DNA of 64,000 bases from Chrysomallon squamiferum (GCA_012295275.1 CM022668.1:10664001-10728000), one strand, 5' to 3'; numbered from the stretch's first letter, positions 1 through 14,597 are shown. The notes: a model not told the origin generated them from the letters alone. A program made the numbers and translations.

Positions 1-2299
1 AATGTCACAAGTTGAATCACCAGAACAGTTTCGAGAATCACACGATGTGATACAGTTGTACCCGTATGTACCACTGCACTCTGAAAACAGCAACAACAAC
101 AACAACAACAACAAATATTCAACATAAGTATGTCACAAATGTATATCAGGAAATATAATCATATATCTTTTCACGCATCCATCTATCTGTCTTTACGGAT
201 CAATATATCGATCTGTCTAGCTGTCTAACCATCTATCTGTCTGTCTGTTTGTCTGTCTGTAGGTCCATCTATCTATCTGTTTGCCTTTCTCTATTTCTCA
301 ACCTGTCTTTGTGTCTGTTCGCCTGTCTGTCTATTTATCTGTCTCTTCATCTTTCTGTATTACTCAGTGTACGTATCTGTCAGTGTGTGTATCTGTTTAT
401 CTGTCTGTCTACCTGTAAGTCTAAATGTCTGTCTCTCTGACGTGTTTCTGTGACTTGTGCGATGCTGCTTTTCTTTAAACTTAACAATCTTTTAATCCTC
501 TTTCTCTCTGTATGTTTAAATGTCAAGAAGCATTCGTCTATTTCCACACAACTAGAAAATTAAAACTAATTAATTATATCTACATGTATCTGTATTTATA
601 TTTAACAATTTAAAGTAAAATACAAACCAACTGTACAGTCCAGTGACTGATAACCTCGATCACATCCAAACTCACACTTTCCTGTCACGTGATCACATGA
701 GCTGCTTTTCAGACAGTGTCGTTTACCGCAGACAAATTTACAATTTTGTCCATACCTACTATCCTGACATCCTGATAAAAAAAAAAAAAAAAAAAAAAAT
801 AGCCAATATTCTCTTCCAGTTAGGAAATAAAGGAAAATATCGTAAAGAAAATGTAAAAAATAAAAAAAAAAAGTATAAAGAAAAGAAAAATTAAAAAAAC
901 GAAATTTTTTAATAAAATGTATTTACTTTGTGTACAGTCAGTTCCTGTCCATCCTGGTTCACAGCCATTGTCACACTTTCCTGTGACACTGTCACACGAT
1001 GATGTTCCACTGGTTTGATCACAGTGTCTGCTAGAACAGTGAGAACCACACAGTACACCATAGTGACTTGAATCACACACTGAAAAACACATTTGTAAAA
1101 GGATTAAAATAAATATTAAAACTGTAATTTAAAAAAGCAAAATGTTTTAGACTTCAGTAAATCATGTTTTCATTCTGTGTTTTATTTCTTTCTTCATTGT
1201 CTTTTTTCCTGTTTTTTTGTATGATACAGAAAAGGAAAGACTTAAATATATACAATTAGAAATAAAAAATATATAAATAAAAAGGAGATCTATAGAAACT
1301 TACAAAAGAGATAACTATTCTGTATTTTGTTATCTCTAACAAAAATAAATTTTATAAGCTATGATTATTATTATTATTATTATTATTATTATTGTAGTTG
1401 TTGTTGACATTGATGGTGTTGTGGATTTTCTAAGTGTTGATGTTACTGTTTTGTTGCTGTTGTTGTTTTTACCGTCGCAGTGTGTTCCAGTCCAGTTTTG
1501 TTGACATCCTCCAGTACATTCTCCAGTGACGTAGTGACACGTGTTTTCTTTACAGTGACAAAACTTTGTACAGTTCTCTCCAAACGTACCAGTGTCACAA
1601 ACTGAAATAACAACAACAACAATAATAACAATAATAATAATAATAATAACAGAACAAAAACAATAATGAAGCAGTAACAGTAATTATAACAATAACAATA
1701 ATAACAGTGATGACAATAATGATTGTGAAGATAATACTAATAATAATTATTAAAATTACAACAGCAACACTAACAGTGAAACATAATATCTGATTTATCG
1801 TAATAAGATGAGAGATAAAAGTGATTAACTTTCATTATTGTATAATTGTTTTTATTTTCTGTAATAAAATATATAAAGTATGCATACACACAAGACACAC
1901 ACAAACACATACATTATTTAGCATTATAGATATGTAGATTATATTTTTCCAACGTAAGTAAAGAAGAAAGGGAAATGTATTTTTAAACATTATTGAATGC
2001 AGATTTCTCTTAAATTGATATAACTATTGTTACTTTTATTCTGGAATTTGAAAAGTAAAACATCACAAGAGCTAAAATATTTATTATACTTGTTAATCAG
2101 TTTAATTATTAGTTTATTATTTGACTCACCAAATACTTCAACTTCACAGAAATCCATCGCTTTTCCACAGTTACCACCATAAACATCATTGTTTGTTCCC
2201 TGATACAGTGTGATGTACTGAGCCATGTTGTTACATGTTACACGTGTTACATCCTTGCTGTTTATTGTTGTTACACCACACAGGTGACTGGTGTTAGTC
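1..2299 (-). CDS. Partial receptor copy A0 (F-type lectin exon 2 plus EGF2-EGF5 exons), cut by the gap at 2300 and the window start
   Basis: Minus-strand GT-AG phase-1 exons: 2130-2299 (partial, ...TRVTCNNMAQYITLYQGTNNDVYGGNCGKAMDFCEVEVF), 1473-1601, 927-1079, 628-771 (CQDSRYGQNCKFVCGKRHC...), 1-80. Exon lengths match copy A1. Class A is assigned from strand and intron similarity to A1; the tail is not in the window. Confidence 0.85.
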
Positions 2300-2499
2300 N
2301 NNNNNNNNNNNNNNNNNNNNNNNNNNNNNNNNNNNNNNNNNNNNNNNNNNNNNNNNNNNNNNNNNNNNNNNNNNNNNNNNNNNNNNNNNNNNNNNNNNNN
2401 NNNNNNNNNNNNNNNNNNNNNNNNNNNNNNNNNNNNNNNNNNNNNNNNNNNNNNNNNNNNNNNNNNNNNNNNNNNNNNNNNNNNNNNNNNNNNNNNNNN
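2300..2499. other. Assembly gap (200 N)
   Basis: Run of 200 N inside the lectin exon of A0. Confidence 1.
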
Positions 2500-2763
2500 T
2501 AATGATTATAGAAAACAACTTTATATTGCACACTAAGTGTTAGAAACTGTTATATTTACACTGTCTGCTATTTCTGTAGCAGCCAACAGAGTTTATGAAA
2601 TATATAATAGTAATACTACTATTTGTACAATTTTTAACAGTTAACCTTACTGTTTCTGCTAATACTACTGTTCCACTACTGCTATTAGTACTACATCTGC
2701 TACTACTACTCTACTACTACTGCTGCAACACTGCTATTATCTCCACTACTAGTACTGTTAATC

Positions 2764-2960
2764 ATTGGTGCAAACAATGTGTAATGTGTAATATGACAGT
2801 AGTAGTGTGACAGATTGGTGTGAACAATGTGTAATGTGTAATATGTCAGTAGTAGTGTGACAGATTGGTGTGAACAATGTGTAATGTGTAATATGACAGT
2901 AGTAGTGTGACACGGTGTGAACAATGTGCAATGTGTAAATTGACAGTAGTACTGTGACAC
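2764..2960. repeat. ~50-bp tandem minisatellite, ~4 copies
   Basis: Unit attggtgtgaacaatgtgtaatgtgtaatatgacagtagtagtgtgacag starts at 2764, 2814 and 2864, with a degenerate fourth copy. Confidence 0.9.
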
Positions 2961-3247
2961 TATTGCTTTGCAGACAGTATGAAGTCACAAAGTGAATAAT
3001 ACTGTACCACAGTTTTACGAGTAGTGTATAAGTTAATGACACGTGGATAGTAGTGACTGTTGACTTATTTATATGTGACACACATACAACACTAGAATAG
3101 TTCCGTAGCTATAATAATAATGTAGGAGGGTGCGTGTCTATATGTATTTTGTATTTATGTATTTCTGCGTCTATGTGTGGATGCATCTATGTATGTATGT
3201 CTTGATCTATCTATGTATATTTCTTTCTTTCTTTCTTTCTTTAAGTA

Positions 3248-3285
<38 letters not shown>

Positions 3286-4324
3286 GTTATTATTTTGAAT
3301 ACTTATGTGCAGATGTATGGATGAAGATATGTGTTTTGATTAAAATACAAACAAAAGAAGAAGAAATAAAATAAATAATAAAAAACACAGATAAATATGA
3401 ATATGTTTTTTATACAATAACATACGTCTGTATAGGAATATTTTAAAACAACAAGAAGAAATGAATATAAGGAAACTCATATTTCTATATTATTACATTT
3501 TACTAAAAATACAGCTATGGGTATTAATATCGTTTTACTTTATTTTTTTTCTACGTATTATTTTTTGTACGAAATTCAAACATGCGAGATAGCTACTCAG
3601 TCTTTTGTTGAGAAACAGGCAGCAATGATGTTTTTTTAAAAATAATGTTTTGTCCAGTTACTAGCACACATAGCTGTTATGAGTAAGTATAACATTCATA
3701 ATCAATAAATTAAAAGTTCTCAGAGATCGCACACTGATTAATTTCAATGATGAACAGACTGAAAGATTGCTTCTTGATCGTTTTGATTATCTCACAGAAA
3801 TAGACGGCGAAAAGCAACCAATGCTTAAAATTTGAAACAGTAAGTAAGACAGTTATTTTAGAAAACTAAAAAAAAAAAAAAAAAAAAAAGAAAAATGGTG
3901 TTTTGAAGATCAGTTACGTGATTTCAATTACATGTTTCTAGGAACAGTGCTAAGCATTTTCAGCTCTGCGATTTGATTTTGTCTATTATAATATATTATT
4001 ATATTATTATTATTATTATTATTAGTAGTAGTATTAGTAGTAGTATTAGTAGTAGTAGTAGTATAAGCAGCAGCAATAGTACTATCAATATAAGTATTAC
4101 TATAATTATTAGTACTATTAGTATGGTATTGGTAGTAGTAACTTTTGGACAATAATAATATACTGCAGATCTCATAACATATAAAATGTCTGGTTTAACT
4201 CTTCGTGATTTTTTTTTATGTTGATAGTTTTTAATAACTTCAAGAATAACTTTTATAATATTTGAGAAGTCAAAATTCGTTTTGGTATTCACTTCGAATA
4301 TTTATAAAAATAATGCTGTTCACA

Positions 4325-4617
4325 TTAAACTCTTGAACTTATTTTCTCGTAGATGTTTTGTTTAGCAGTGGCTGGATCAAGTGTTTCGTATTCATTCATA
4401 AGAATTTCTTGTCCAGCGTTCACATAGCCACCATCACTTTGCTGCTGGGTTGTAACTCGTGACGAAGTCTGATCGTTATGGTATGAACTGTAACATGCCC
4501 AGGCTCTTCTCTAGTTTCTCCTTCTACGATTTCATAGTGAGTCCGCCATCTTGGTTTGTCGTGTTGATGTTTTCTTTGGCTCTAGAATCAGATGTCGTTC
4601 TGTGACGTCTAACATAT
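4325..4617 (-). CDS. Cytoplasmic tail exon of A1 with YEIV, YVNA and ITAM-like YETL-x9-YEKI motifs (frameshifted in this assembly)
   Basis: Acceptor cag at 4618-4620 (minus). Colinear with the A2 tail exon 25408-25650. Has +2 nt at ~4541 and a net +11 nt at ~4481-4494 relative to A2. Stop TAA at 4325-4327. Confidence 0.8.
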
Positions 4618-7600
4618 CTGAAGAAAAGAGATTTGGAAGAATTGAAATGTTTTCGGTGTATTGAAGAAACGCTTTTTTTTTTTATTGTTATTTTTTTTTT
4701 TTTTATATGAGTGAAAAGATTTTTCAAACCATATTTTTCACGGGAAAGTTTTTATAAAATTAGGCTTTTTACAACGTATTAAATAAACTTTATGAATTAC
4801 AACTTTATGAGTTGCCAAAAGGAATTGAAGTGATGATCTTTGTGTAATTACTTAGATAAATATTACATAGTTGTTTTAATAGTTTTATTATATAGTTTAT
4901 ATATTTTTACCTTTGTTAATTATTTAACAGAAATGAAAAATACAAATATACCATCGAATTCAAATAGTGCATCTAAAATATTACAAAATTAAATCTTAAA
5001 AATATGAGAAAAATACTCGAATGTACTTTAGAGAAACAAACCCAGGAGAATGATTTCTAAATATGGTGTGAAATAAATATTGTTTTTTAATTAAACATTG
5101 TAAAAGTTATAGTTAATTTCAGTACCTATGATTACTAATTTTTATTTTAATCATTTGACAAATGAGGTTTCTGAGAAAAGTATGTAATAATACAAGTTAG
5201 TTTGTCACACCAACATTTAATTATCTCTGTAAATTTAATATTCATGTCTTTTTGTTTCTTTGTATCTATTTTAACTATATGCTGTGTTTTAAATGACCAA
5301 TATTTGATACAAAGATGACATATTTCTACAGAATAAAGACAAACAGTTAACAAACAAGCAAAAACAAAAAATTAAAGTGACAGACAACACATTTTCATTT
5401 TCGTATTCTTACTTTTGGTTTTATTCTGAAACTAAAATCCCATTGGTAAAATATATATACTGCTATTTCTACAATTTAAACCATCAGATATTACTTTTGC
5501 AACATCCTTGTTTACTGTTTGAACTGAAATTTGTTTGAAAATTTACTATTATTTCTACTAATTAAAACAGTTCTGAAAACAGCAATAACAAAAAATTAAA
5601 ATGGACGTTCAACAAAATTTTAATTTTCATTTCTTAGTCTAAGAAATATATTGTTTGAAGATAGCATTCTTCCACTATCTTAAACTGAGATGGATCTAAC
5701 AGTTTTACTTACTAATTGTACAAGCGTCTCCTTCCCAACCAGTTTGACACTGACCGCTGCACGACCCTGTCACGTGATCACATGGAGCATGCTCATCTTT
5801 ACACTTCCTGTCTTTACAGGAAAATCTGCAGTTTGATCCATAGCTGCCTGAACATTCTGTTTTATGTTTAAAAAATTAATTTATTAATAAAATTAATTCA
5901 AGAAAAATAAATGAAATGAAGAAAATGAAATATTAAATACAACATGAATGAATAACAAAAAAAAAAAAAAAAATGTACAATAAACAAAATTGAGGTATTT
6001 CATGGTTAAACACATTAGATTTAGAGAAATATTCATTTTTCTATTTCATTTACATCATTCAAACACGAACACAGAGAAACATACAAACGTACATATACTG
6101 ACAGTACATCGTTAAAAATATTATCGTAATCCTGAAATTTAAAACTTTCTATTTTTCTATCGTTCGATGTGTCGACTGCAAACATTACAATCTGATTGTC
6201 AACACGGCAGTTAAAACAATCATTATTTGTAATAGATATTTACTTTCTGTACACGTGTTTCCTTTCCATCCGTCCTCGCACTCTCCGTCACATGACCCTG
6301 TCACGTGATCACATGGAACTGACGTGTCTTTACAATGTCTTTCAGAGCAAGAAAATATGCAGTCAGGTCCGTATTTACCTTCACAACCTGTTTGATATAA
6401 AGTGAAGGGGTTATGCTCTTTACAGACACCTTGTTTAAAATACACGTACACACACACATACACAGAGATATAAAGTCAAATATGTTAGAGACAATCTCTA
6501 TACACGATAGCAATATAAATAGCAGTATATCTAGAATTCAATATCTTTAAACTGAAATGAACAGAAAAGTAAAATAAATTGTCTCAAGAATAGTTTATAA
6601 TATCTTCACACACATTTTAATACATCTAAATCATATCCTTATTTAGATAAATATCTTAAGAAAATATCAACGTTCCTAAATCTGTTACTTTTTAAGAAAA
6701 TACATTAGAATGTAAATAAAATATTTGTAAAGAAATAAAAAAGTAATTTGAATCACACCAGTACAGTCTGTTCCAGTCCACGGTTCCTCACATCCGCCTC
6801 CACATGAACCAGTCACGTGATCACAGCTTGCTGTTTTATTCATACAGTGTCTTCTTGCACAGTTAAATTTACAACCGTTTCCATAGAAACCAGAAGCACA
6901 TGCTGAGAATAAATATTAAAAAGGTAGAAAGTATTAAAGTATGTTTAAACATATATTATAATTTTTGTTAATAGTATTGGGATTTGATGAAACTTTAATA
7001 AAAAAAAGATATGTAAGGAGTATGTGTGTATGTGTGCGTATTGGTGTTTTTGTAGGTGTAAACAGAGAGACATATAGATAGAGAGATAGACAGACAAATA
7101 GATGTAAGAGACCAGTTATTTAGATACATTTCTCGTATTTCAAACAATCAAATGATATTTTGGATATAAATCATTTACTTACGTTCCAAACAGTTCACAT
7201 TTCTCCATCCTGGTTTACAGCCGTTTTCACATTTCCCAGTTTTAACATCACAAACTGAACTGTCTCCACTACAGTGTCTTTGACTGCAGCTCAACTTACA
7301 TCCAGGACCAAAAGTACCAGACTCACATTCTGTAAATACATTCAAAGTTGTTTATTTTAATTGATCGGGGATCAGTTTGTGTTTCCTGAATTAGTGTTAG
7401 AATGAACACGAATTTTAAGAATTTCAATTTTTCTTAAATTTACTAAAATAGTTTTTAACCCTGTAGACTATACACTTTTTATTTTCTTTCTGAAAAAATT
7501 AAATAGTAAAAACGTTTTTAACATGAATATTTTTTAATTAATAACAATATATATATTCGGATTTCATTATGAATATATTACTTGAATATGTTTTAATTAG

Positions 7601-9466
7601 AATAAGTACAAAATTGCCTTTTATAAATCTTTATAAATGTAATTTTATTTTAAAATTAGTGTTATTTCATTAAAATAAATAAAAAAGAATGTTCCAGAAA
7701 TAAATGTAAATCATGAAGATAAATACCATTTATACAGTCAGGTAACTGATATCCGTCCAAACAGCCGTTAGTGCAGCGTCCATAGAAAATGTCACAACTT
7801 GAATCACCAGAACATTTACGAGCATCACACGATCTGTTACAGTTGTACCCGTATGTACCACTGCACTCTGAAAAAACAAATGAACAACAACAACAAACAT
7901 ACAAACAACATAAATATGTCACAAATGTATAGCAGGAAATATAATCATACATCTTTTCACGCATCAATATAAATATCTGTCTACCTCTCTATCCATCTAC
8001 CTGTCTGTCTGTTTGTTTGTGTCTGTCTGTCTGTCTGTCTGTCTGCCTGTCTGTCTGTCGATCTATCTGTCTGTTTGTCTTTATCTATGCTATCTACCTT
8101 TTTCTCAACCTGTCTTTGTGTCTGTTCGCCTGTCTATCTGTCTATCTATCTACCTGTCTGTCTGTTTATCTGTCTCTTCATCTTTCTGTATTACTCTGTG
8201 TACGTATCTGTTAGTGTGTGTATCTGTTTATCTGTCTGTCTACCTGTAAGTGTAAATGTCTGCTCTCTGTGATGTGTTTCTGTGACTTGTGCGATGCTGC
8301 TTTTCTTTAAACTTAACAATCTTTTAATCCTCTGTCTCTCTGTATGTTTAAATGTCAAGAAGCATTCGTCTATTTCCACACAACTAGAAAATTCAAACTA
8401 ATTAATTATATCTACATGTATCTGTATTTATATTTAACAATTTAAAGAAAAATACAAACCTACTGTACAGTCCAGTGACTGATAACCTCGATCACATCCA
8501 AACTCACACTTTCCTGTCACGTGATCACATGAGCTATTTTTCAGACAGTGTCGTGTACTGCAGACAAATTTACAATTTTGTCCATACGTACCATCCTGAC
8601 ATTCTGATAAAAACAAAAAAAAAAAAAAAAAGCAGTATTTTCTTTCAGTTAGGAAATAAAGGAAAATATCGTAAAGAAAAAAAAAAAAAAAAAAAAAAAA
8701 CAAATATAAAGAAAAGAAAAATGAAAAAAAACGAAACATTTAATATAATACATGAAGTCGTTGACTTTCAAAAATGTATTTACTTTGTGTACAGTCAGAT
8801 CCTGTCCATCCTGGTTCACAGCCATTGTCACACTTTCCTGTGACACTGTCACACGATGATGTTCCACTGGTTTGATCACAGTGTCTGCTAGAACAGTGAG
8901 AACCACACAGTACACCATAGTGACTTGAATCACAAACTGAAAACACATTTGTAAAAGGATTAAAATAAATATTAAAACTATAATTTAAAAAAGGAATATG
9001 TTTTAGACCTTACTAAATCCTGTATTCATTCTGTGTTTTATTTCTTTCTTCTTTGTCTTTTTTCTAGTTTTTTGAATGATACAGAAAAGGAAAGACTTAA
9101 ATATATACAATTACAAGTAAAAGGTATATAAATAAAAAGATCTATAGAAACTTACAAAAGAGATAAATATTCTGTATTTTGTTGACTTTAACAAAAATAA
9201 GCTTTATAAGCTATGATTATTATTATTATTATTATTATTATTGTAGTTGTTGTTGACATTGATGGTGTTGTGGATTTTCTATTTGTTGATGTTACTGTTT
9301 TGTTGTTGTTGTTGTTTTTACCGTCGCAGTGTGTTCCAGTCCAGTTTTGTTGACATCCTCCAGTACATTCTCCAGTGACGTAGTGACACGTGTTTTCTTT
9401 ACAGTGACAAAACTTTGTACACTTCTCTCCAAACGTACCAGTGTCACAAACTGAAATAACAACAAC

Positions 9467-9518
<52 letters not shown>

Positions 9519-11422
9519 GAACAACAACAATAATGAAGTAACAATAACAATAATAACAAAAAATGGCGATAAACTGTGATGATAATAATAATAACAATAA
9601 TAACAAATGATGACAATAATGATGATGATGACGATAATACTAATAATAATTATTAAAATTACAACAACAACACTAACAGTGAAACATAATATCTGATTTA
9701 TCATAATAAGATGAGAGATAAAAGTGATTAACTTTCTTTATTGTATAAATGTTTTCATTTTCTGTAATAAAATATAAAAGTATACATACACACAAGACAC
9801 ACACAATCACACACATTATTTAGCATTATAGATATGTATATTATATTTTTCCAACGTAAGTAAAGAAGAAAGGGAAATGTATTTTTAAATATTATTGAAT
9901 ACAGATTTCTCTAAAATTGATAAGAATATAACTATTGTTACTTTCATTCTGGAACTTGATAAGTAAAACATCACAACAGCTAAAATATTTATTAAATTTG
10001 TTATTCAGTTTAATTATTAGTTTATTATTTGACTTACCAAATACTTCAACTTCACAGAAATCCATCGCTTTTCCACAGTTATCACCATAAACATCATTGT
10101 TTGTTCCCTGATACAGAGTGATGTACTGAGCCGTGTTGTTACATGTTACACGTGTTACATCCGTGCTGTTTATTGTTGTTACACCACACAGGTGACTGGT
10201 GTTAGTCTGGTTCATCTTCAAAGAACTGTAGATGTGAACATCATTTCTACGACAAGTGACTGTAAGTAAAAGTAAAATACGATTATTGCCCAAGATTAAT
10301 TCATTTGTTTCGCTGTTACAACTAAATTAATACTTTTAAATGAAAATTTTTTTCAAGTTGTTTAGTTGTGAATTACGTACTATCTGCCTCAAAAACTAGG
10401 GAATTGATTTGTTTTATCATCAATATATTAATATTTAATTCTGAAATACTTTTTTTTTCATATACGTGTATGTATTATCTATATTGATTGTGTTTGTTTC
10501 TTTTAATTTGATGAATTTATTTTTTACTTTTTAAATATTTATAGTTTGTCTCCCAAAAGGTGTAAAGTACAGATAGTGATTTGATATATGAGAAATTATA
10601 GAGTCTATTACAGATTTAATTCTTATTTTCATGACAGTTACAACTAAAATTTACTTACAACCTGTTCTGAAGTGGATGTCATGTTGATGTATGTAATATT
10701 GGTTTCCCATATCCACTTCCCACCACGAGAATGGATCACGTACAGGTGTAAGTATACAGAACATTGCATAGTTTCCTTGTGTGTAACTCCCATCAACAGC
10801 TAAGTAAGAATTTTTAGAGTCTCCCGTCTGATATGTAGTTTTGTTTAAAGCTACGTTTTCTGAAATAAAATTATAAATTAAAAGTTTAAATCTCTACATA
10901 AATGATAATATGTTATGCTTCTTTCTTCTTTACAGCTAATATCAGTTCTGTTTGAAAAAAAAAAACATGAAAAAAATACATTAAATATATTAGTCCATCT
11001 GTCCATATGTTCATCCCTCCATCCTTCCTTCCATCCATCCACCTATCATCAGTCCACCATCCATCCATTTTAAATTATAAATCAAAAAAATATAAAAATC
11101 ATAAAATCACAAAAAAAAGACAAACAAAAATAAAATTTTAACGAAATACATAAGAAAAAACAAAGAATATGATGATAATGATAATGACAATGTTAATAAT
11201 AATAAATTTAAATGCGCTATAAATCAAACAAAAAGTGACGTAATTAATAAAATATAAATAAATACAGAAAATAATAAAGTAGTTCTAAAAACTGGTGAAT
11301 GTCTCTTTGTATTATACACTTGTACAGAGACAAAAGACAGGCACTACCTATTGTACTATTACTGCTACTACAACAATTGTCATTATCATCATTATTTTCA
11401 CAATCATTGTTACAAGCAGTAG

Positions 11423-11477
<55 letters not shown>

Positions 11478-11801
11478 GCAAACACATAATTTTCTATTTT
11501 ATTTGGTACCAAATATTAAATAAACTTTGTTTTGAGTTAAAACAAAAAGTACCAATTGTACACTTTGGTCCAGACCATCCTTTATTGCAGTTTGTGTTAG
11601 AACATCCTGTGACGTCATCACATCCAGAATTACAGTGACAGACGTACTTACAGTCTAAACCATACTGACCCGCTGTACAGCCAGCTGAAACTGAAATTAA
11701 AATATTTAAACAGATATTATGTTTATGTATGGGCATACGAGCGAGAGTATGTGTTTTTGTGAATCTGTGTACAATCGTAGTGGTCACTGTTGGTGTAGCT
11801 G

Positions 11802-11844
<43 letters not shown>

Positions 11845-11948
11845 CATCATCATCATCATCATCATCATCATATCCTACCTGTAATTACGCACACAAGGAA
11901 ATTCAGACATATTCCATGAATAAATAAATACATCCAAAACGACGCCAT
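4325..11948 (-). CDS. Class A receptor copy A1: SP-EGF-F-type lectin-8xEGF with intact ectodomain; TM exon decayed and ITAM-like tail frameshifted (secreted form or pseudogene)
   Basis: Exons (minus): SP 11879-11948 (MASFWMYLFIHGICLNFLVCVIT), EGF1 11553-11690, lectin 10659-10859 and 10038-10259, EGF 9322-9450, 8784-8936, 8460-8603, 7727-7867, 7183-7329, 6759-6902, 6244-6387, 5713-5856. All are GT-AG, phase 1 and open. TM remnant ~5330-5425. Tail exon 4325-4617 ends ...GGYVNAGQEILMNEYETLDPATAKQNIYEKISSRV*, with indels near 4541 and 4490. Confidence 0.85.
5330..5425 (-). pseudogene. Decayed transmembrane exon of A1
   Basis: Recognisably homologous to the A2 TM exon 26516-26627 and its flanking intron (ttaactat.tgctgt...aaga.gaca...acagaca...tcgtattct...ttttgg...ttctgaaa). 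It is shorter, indel-rich and has an in-frame TAA right after the acceptor. Confidence 0.65.
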
Positions 11949-12243
11949 TTTTATCTTCTTTCTTTTTCTTTTCAGTCAAGCAGGAAGTATAGTGACAGGT
12001 AGATACACAGGTACACCCTGACACAGAAAATAATAACTAGGTCACACAGAGCTAACTTGTAAAACTGGTTTAAAAATTTTAAATCTGGAAACGTTCGGTT
12101 TAGTTAAATGATTAATTTGATGATAGTAGTTTTTGTTTAGACTGTCTGTTTCAAAAATAAATTTACAATATATTAGTATTAGAAAGACCAACAAGAAGAA
12201 CGTATATATGTATATGATGATGATGATGATGTTGACGATGATG

Positions 12244-12276
<33 letters not shown>

Positions 12277-12379
12277 CAAAACAAAAGGCTTTGTTTATGT
12301 AATCGCTGAATGGAAGCAGTGTGAATGTTAAGTGTAGATATACATTGAATGACAAAGACAAACTTCAGGGCGTAACCAG

Positions 12380-14365
12380 TGTGTACATATGTAGATCATG
12401 TACTTGAATTGTATATACAAAGTAGCAAAGGTGCACACTGTCTTGTTTAGACTTTATAAGTAAGGTAAAACTGTGTGAGTACACATCATTTAACCTATAC
12501 AGAGATCTTTTCACAGCAGAGTATCACTAAGTTTCTATCTTTGTAAACCGGATACTGCTATATATATATATATATATATATCAGTATTTCTGTCTGTCTG
12601 TCTCTCGATCTAGGACTCTGTATATAAGTCTGAATATAAGTACATATGTAGATGATGTACTTGAATTGTATATACAAAGTGGCAAAGATGCACACTGTCT
12701 TGTTTAGACTTTATAAGTAACGTCAAACTGTGTGTGTACACATCATTTAACCTAAACAGAGATCTTTTCACAGCAGAGAATCACTAAGATTCTATCTTTG
12801 TAAGCCGGATACTGCATAATGAAATATAAACGGCTGGTAAGATGGGACGTGATAACGAACAGTTTGCTGAGAATATAAAATAATATGTGTTTAAGAAATA
12901 GTTTAAATATTTAATTATCCAGATAAAAAAGTAGATGATTTCAGTGAACTGATGAGAATTATTACACTGAACAATCGAACTGATACAAATTACGTGGAGA
13001 CAAATATCCGATACTGACATACTGAGACCTATCACAAACACGTACTAACAAAAACACACAAACGGACACACGCACACACATACACACTCATAACCATAGC
13101 ACAAACTGACTCATAGAATAACATATAAACATAAACAAACACAAAAATAGACATAAACGCAGAGAAACAGAAACACATAGATATAGATACATACAGAGAA
13201 CATACAAGAACGAATACAGATAACCATAAAACACATTCACAGACTTACATATAGAAACACGCAAACACAGTTATATGTAGAGAATAACGGATACACATGT
13301 ACGTACATACACAGAAAAACACTGACACATATTTAGAGAGAAATATATAAAAACACAAATCAAATGCACTCAATTATGAGAAACACACACACGAAAAAAA
13401 AAAAAAAAAACCCACAGAATCACGTACATATATACATACAAAAAAAGAAACGAAGGAAAAACATGCACATAGAGAATGACTGAATCGTATACACACAAGA
13501 ACATAAACACGGAAACACAGACATACATACATGTATAAACAAGAAACGCATACATACATGGATAAACAAGAAACACATACATACAGGCATAAACAAGAAA
13601 CACAGACATACACGGATAAACAAGAAACACATACATACATGGAGAAACAAGAAACACATACATACATGGATAAACAAGAAACACATACATACATGGATAA
13701 ACAAGATATAGATACATACAGGGATAAACAAGAAACACATACACACATGGATAAACAAGAAACACATACATACATGGAGAAACAAGAAACACAAATATAC
13801 GTAACATTTACAAAGACAAAGACATAAACTCGTATAACAAACAGATAAACAGTCATACAAACAGGCACATTTCTGTTCTAAATTCTGTTTTTTCACTGAA
13901 AATAAACTTGAACTAATCTAGATAGTTACATATTATCCAAACCCGTACTTAGAGAGAGCACACCCCAGACACATCCCTGATAAACGAGTCACGCAACAGT
14001 TAACAGTTAATGTCTAAACGAGTCTAATTTCTACAGCTTAACATCACCGTGTCACGCTTTAAACTCGAATATAGTCTCCATTTGAGAAATCAGCTCCTGT
14101 AGCTTTCAACAGCCACGCCTTGTGTGCACGCTGCGCAAAACATAAATACACGTGTTTTAAAAAGATAAAACATCGCAGTGTCGTAGTCGTTTCAAAAGTA
14201 CATTTTTACAACGACTCAGCATAAGTACATATATTTAAGAGTTTGTAAAGTGTCTTAAAAGGAATATAGTGATTTGTAGTCGCTAGTTTAAAAACGTCTG
14301 ATATTAAACACTGTGCAACAAACTGTAGACTTTCATACTTATATAGAAACACACGTTTCCAAATA
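12380..14365. repeat. Inserted ~1.8-2 kb element (copy 1) of unknown class, replacing the middle of the A/B spacer
   Basis: 12583-14365 is colinear with 19469-21038. 12380-12560 is a tandem partial duplicate of 12640-12810. The left flank matches the A1' upstream region up to cttcaggg.gtaaccag, and B-type promoter sequence resumes near 14430. Confidence 0.75.
13530..13800. repeat. 27-bp minisatellite (atggataaacaagaaacacatacatac), ~10 copies
   Basis: Directly visible; translates as a spurious MDKQETHTY repeat. Fewer units in the second element copy (~20390-20500). Confidence 0.9.
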
Positions 14366-14429
14366 TAAGGACATATATGTATGTATGTATGTAAGTATGT
14401 ATGTATATATGTAGGTATGAAGGTATTTT

Positions 14430-14597
14430 ATGTCTAATAAAAACAATGACAATATATCTAGATATGCATAACGATCGTTTATGTTATCTCGGAGGTATTA
14501 TGAACTATTTTATTAAATTCTTTATTTACACTGTTTGTGTAACAGTCCACTCTCTCTGTTATCTAATGAAATCTCTACTTGCTGCTTGACACAGACT
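14430..14597 (+). pseudogene. Remnant of a class B promoter/5' UTR, truncated just before the ATG (lost partner of A1)
   Basis: Matches 16925-17100 and 34715-34858 (ggaggtattatgaactat...ctgtttgtgtaacagtccactctctctgttatctaatgaaatctctactt.ctgcttgac). Confidence 0.75.

Noticed and set aside
13370-13896. Overlapping 98-164 aa ORFs with MDKQETHTY / VFLVYPCMY repeats
   Set aside because: Translations of a 27-bp minisatellite; unit number differs in the second element copy and there is no splice context.
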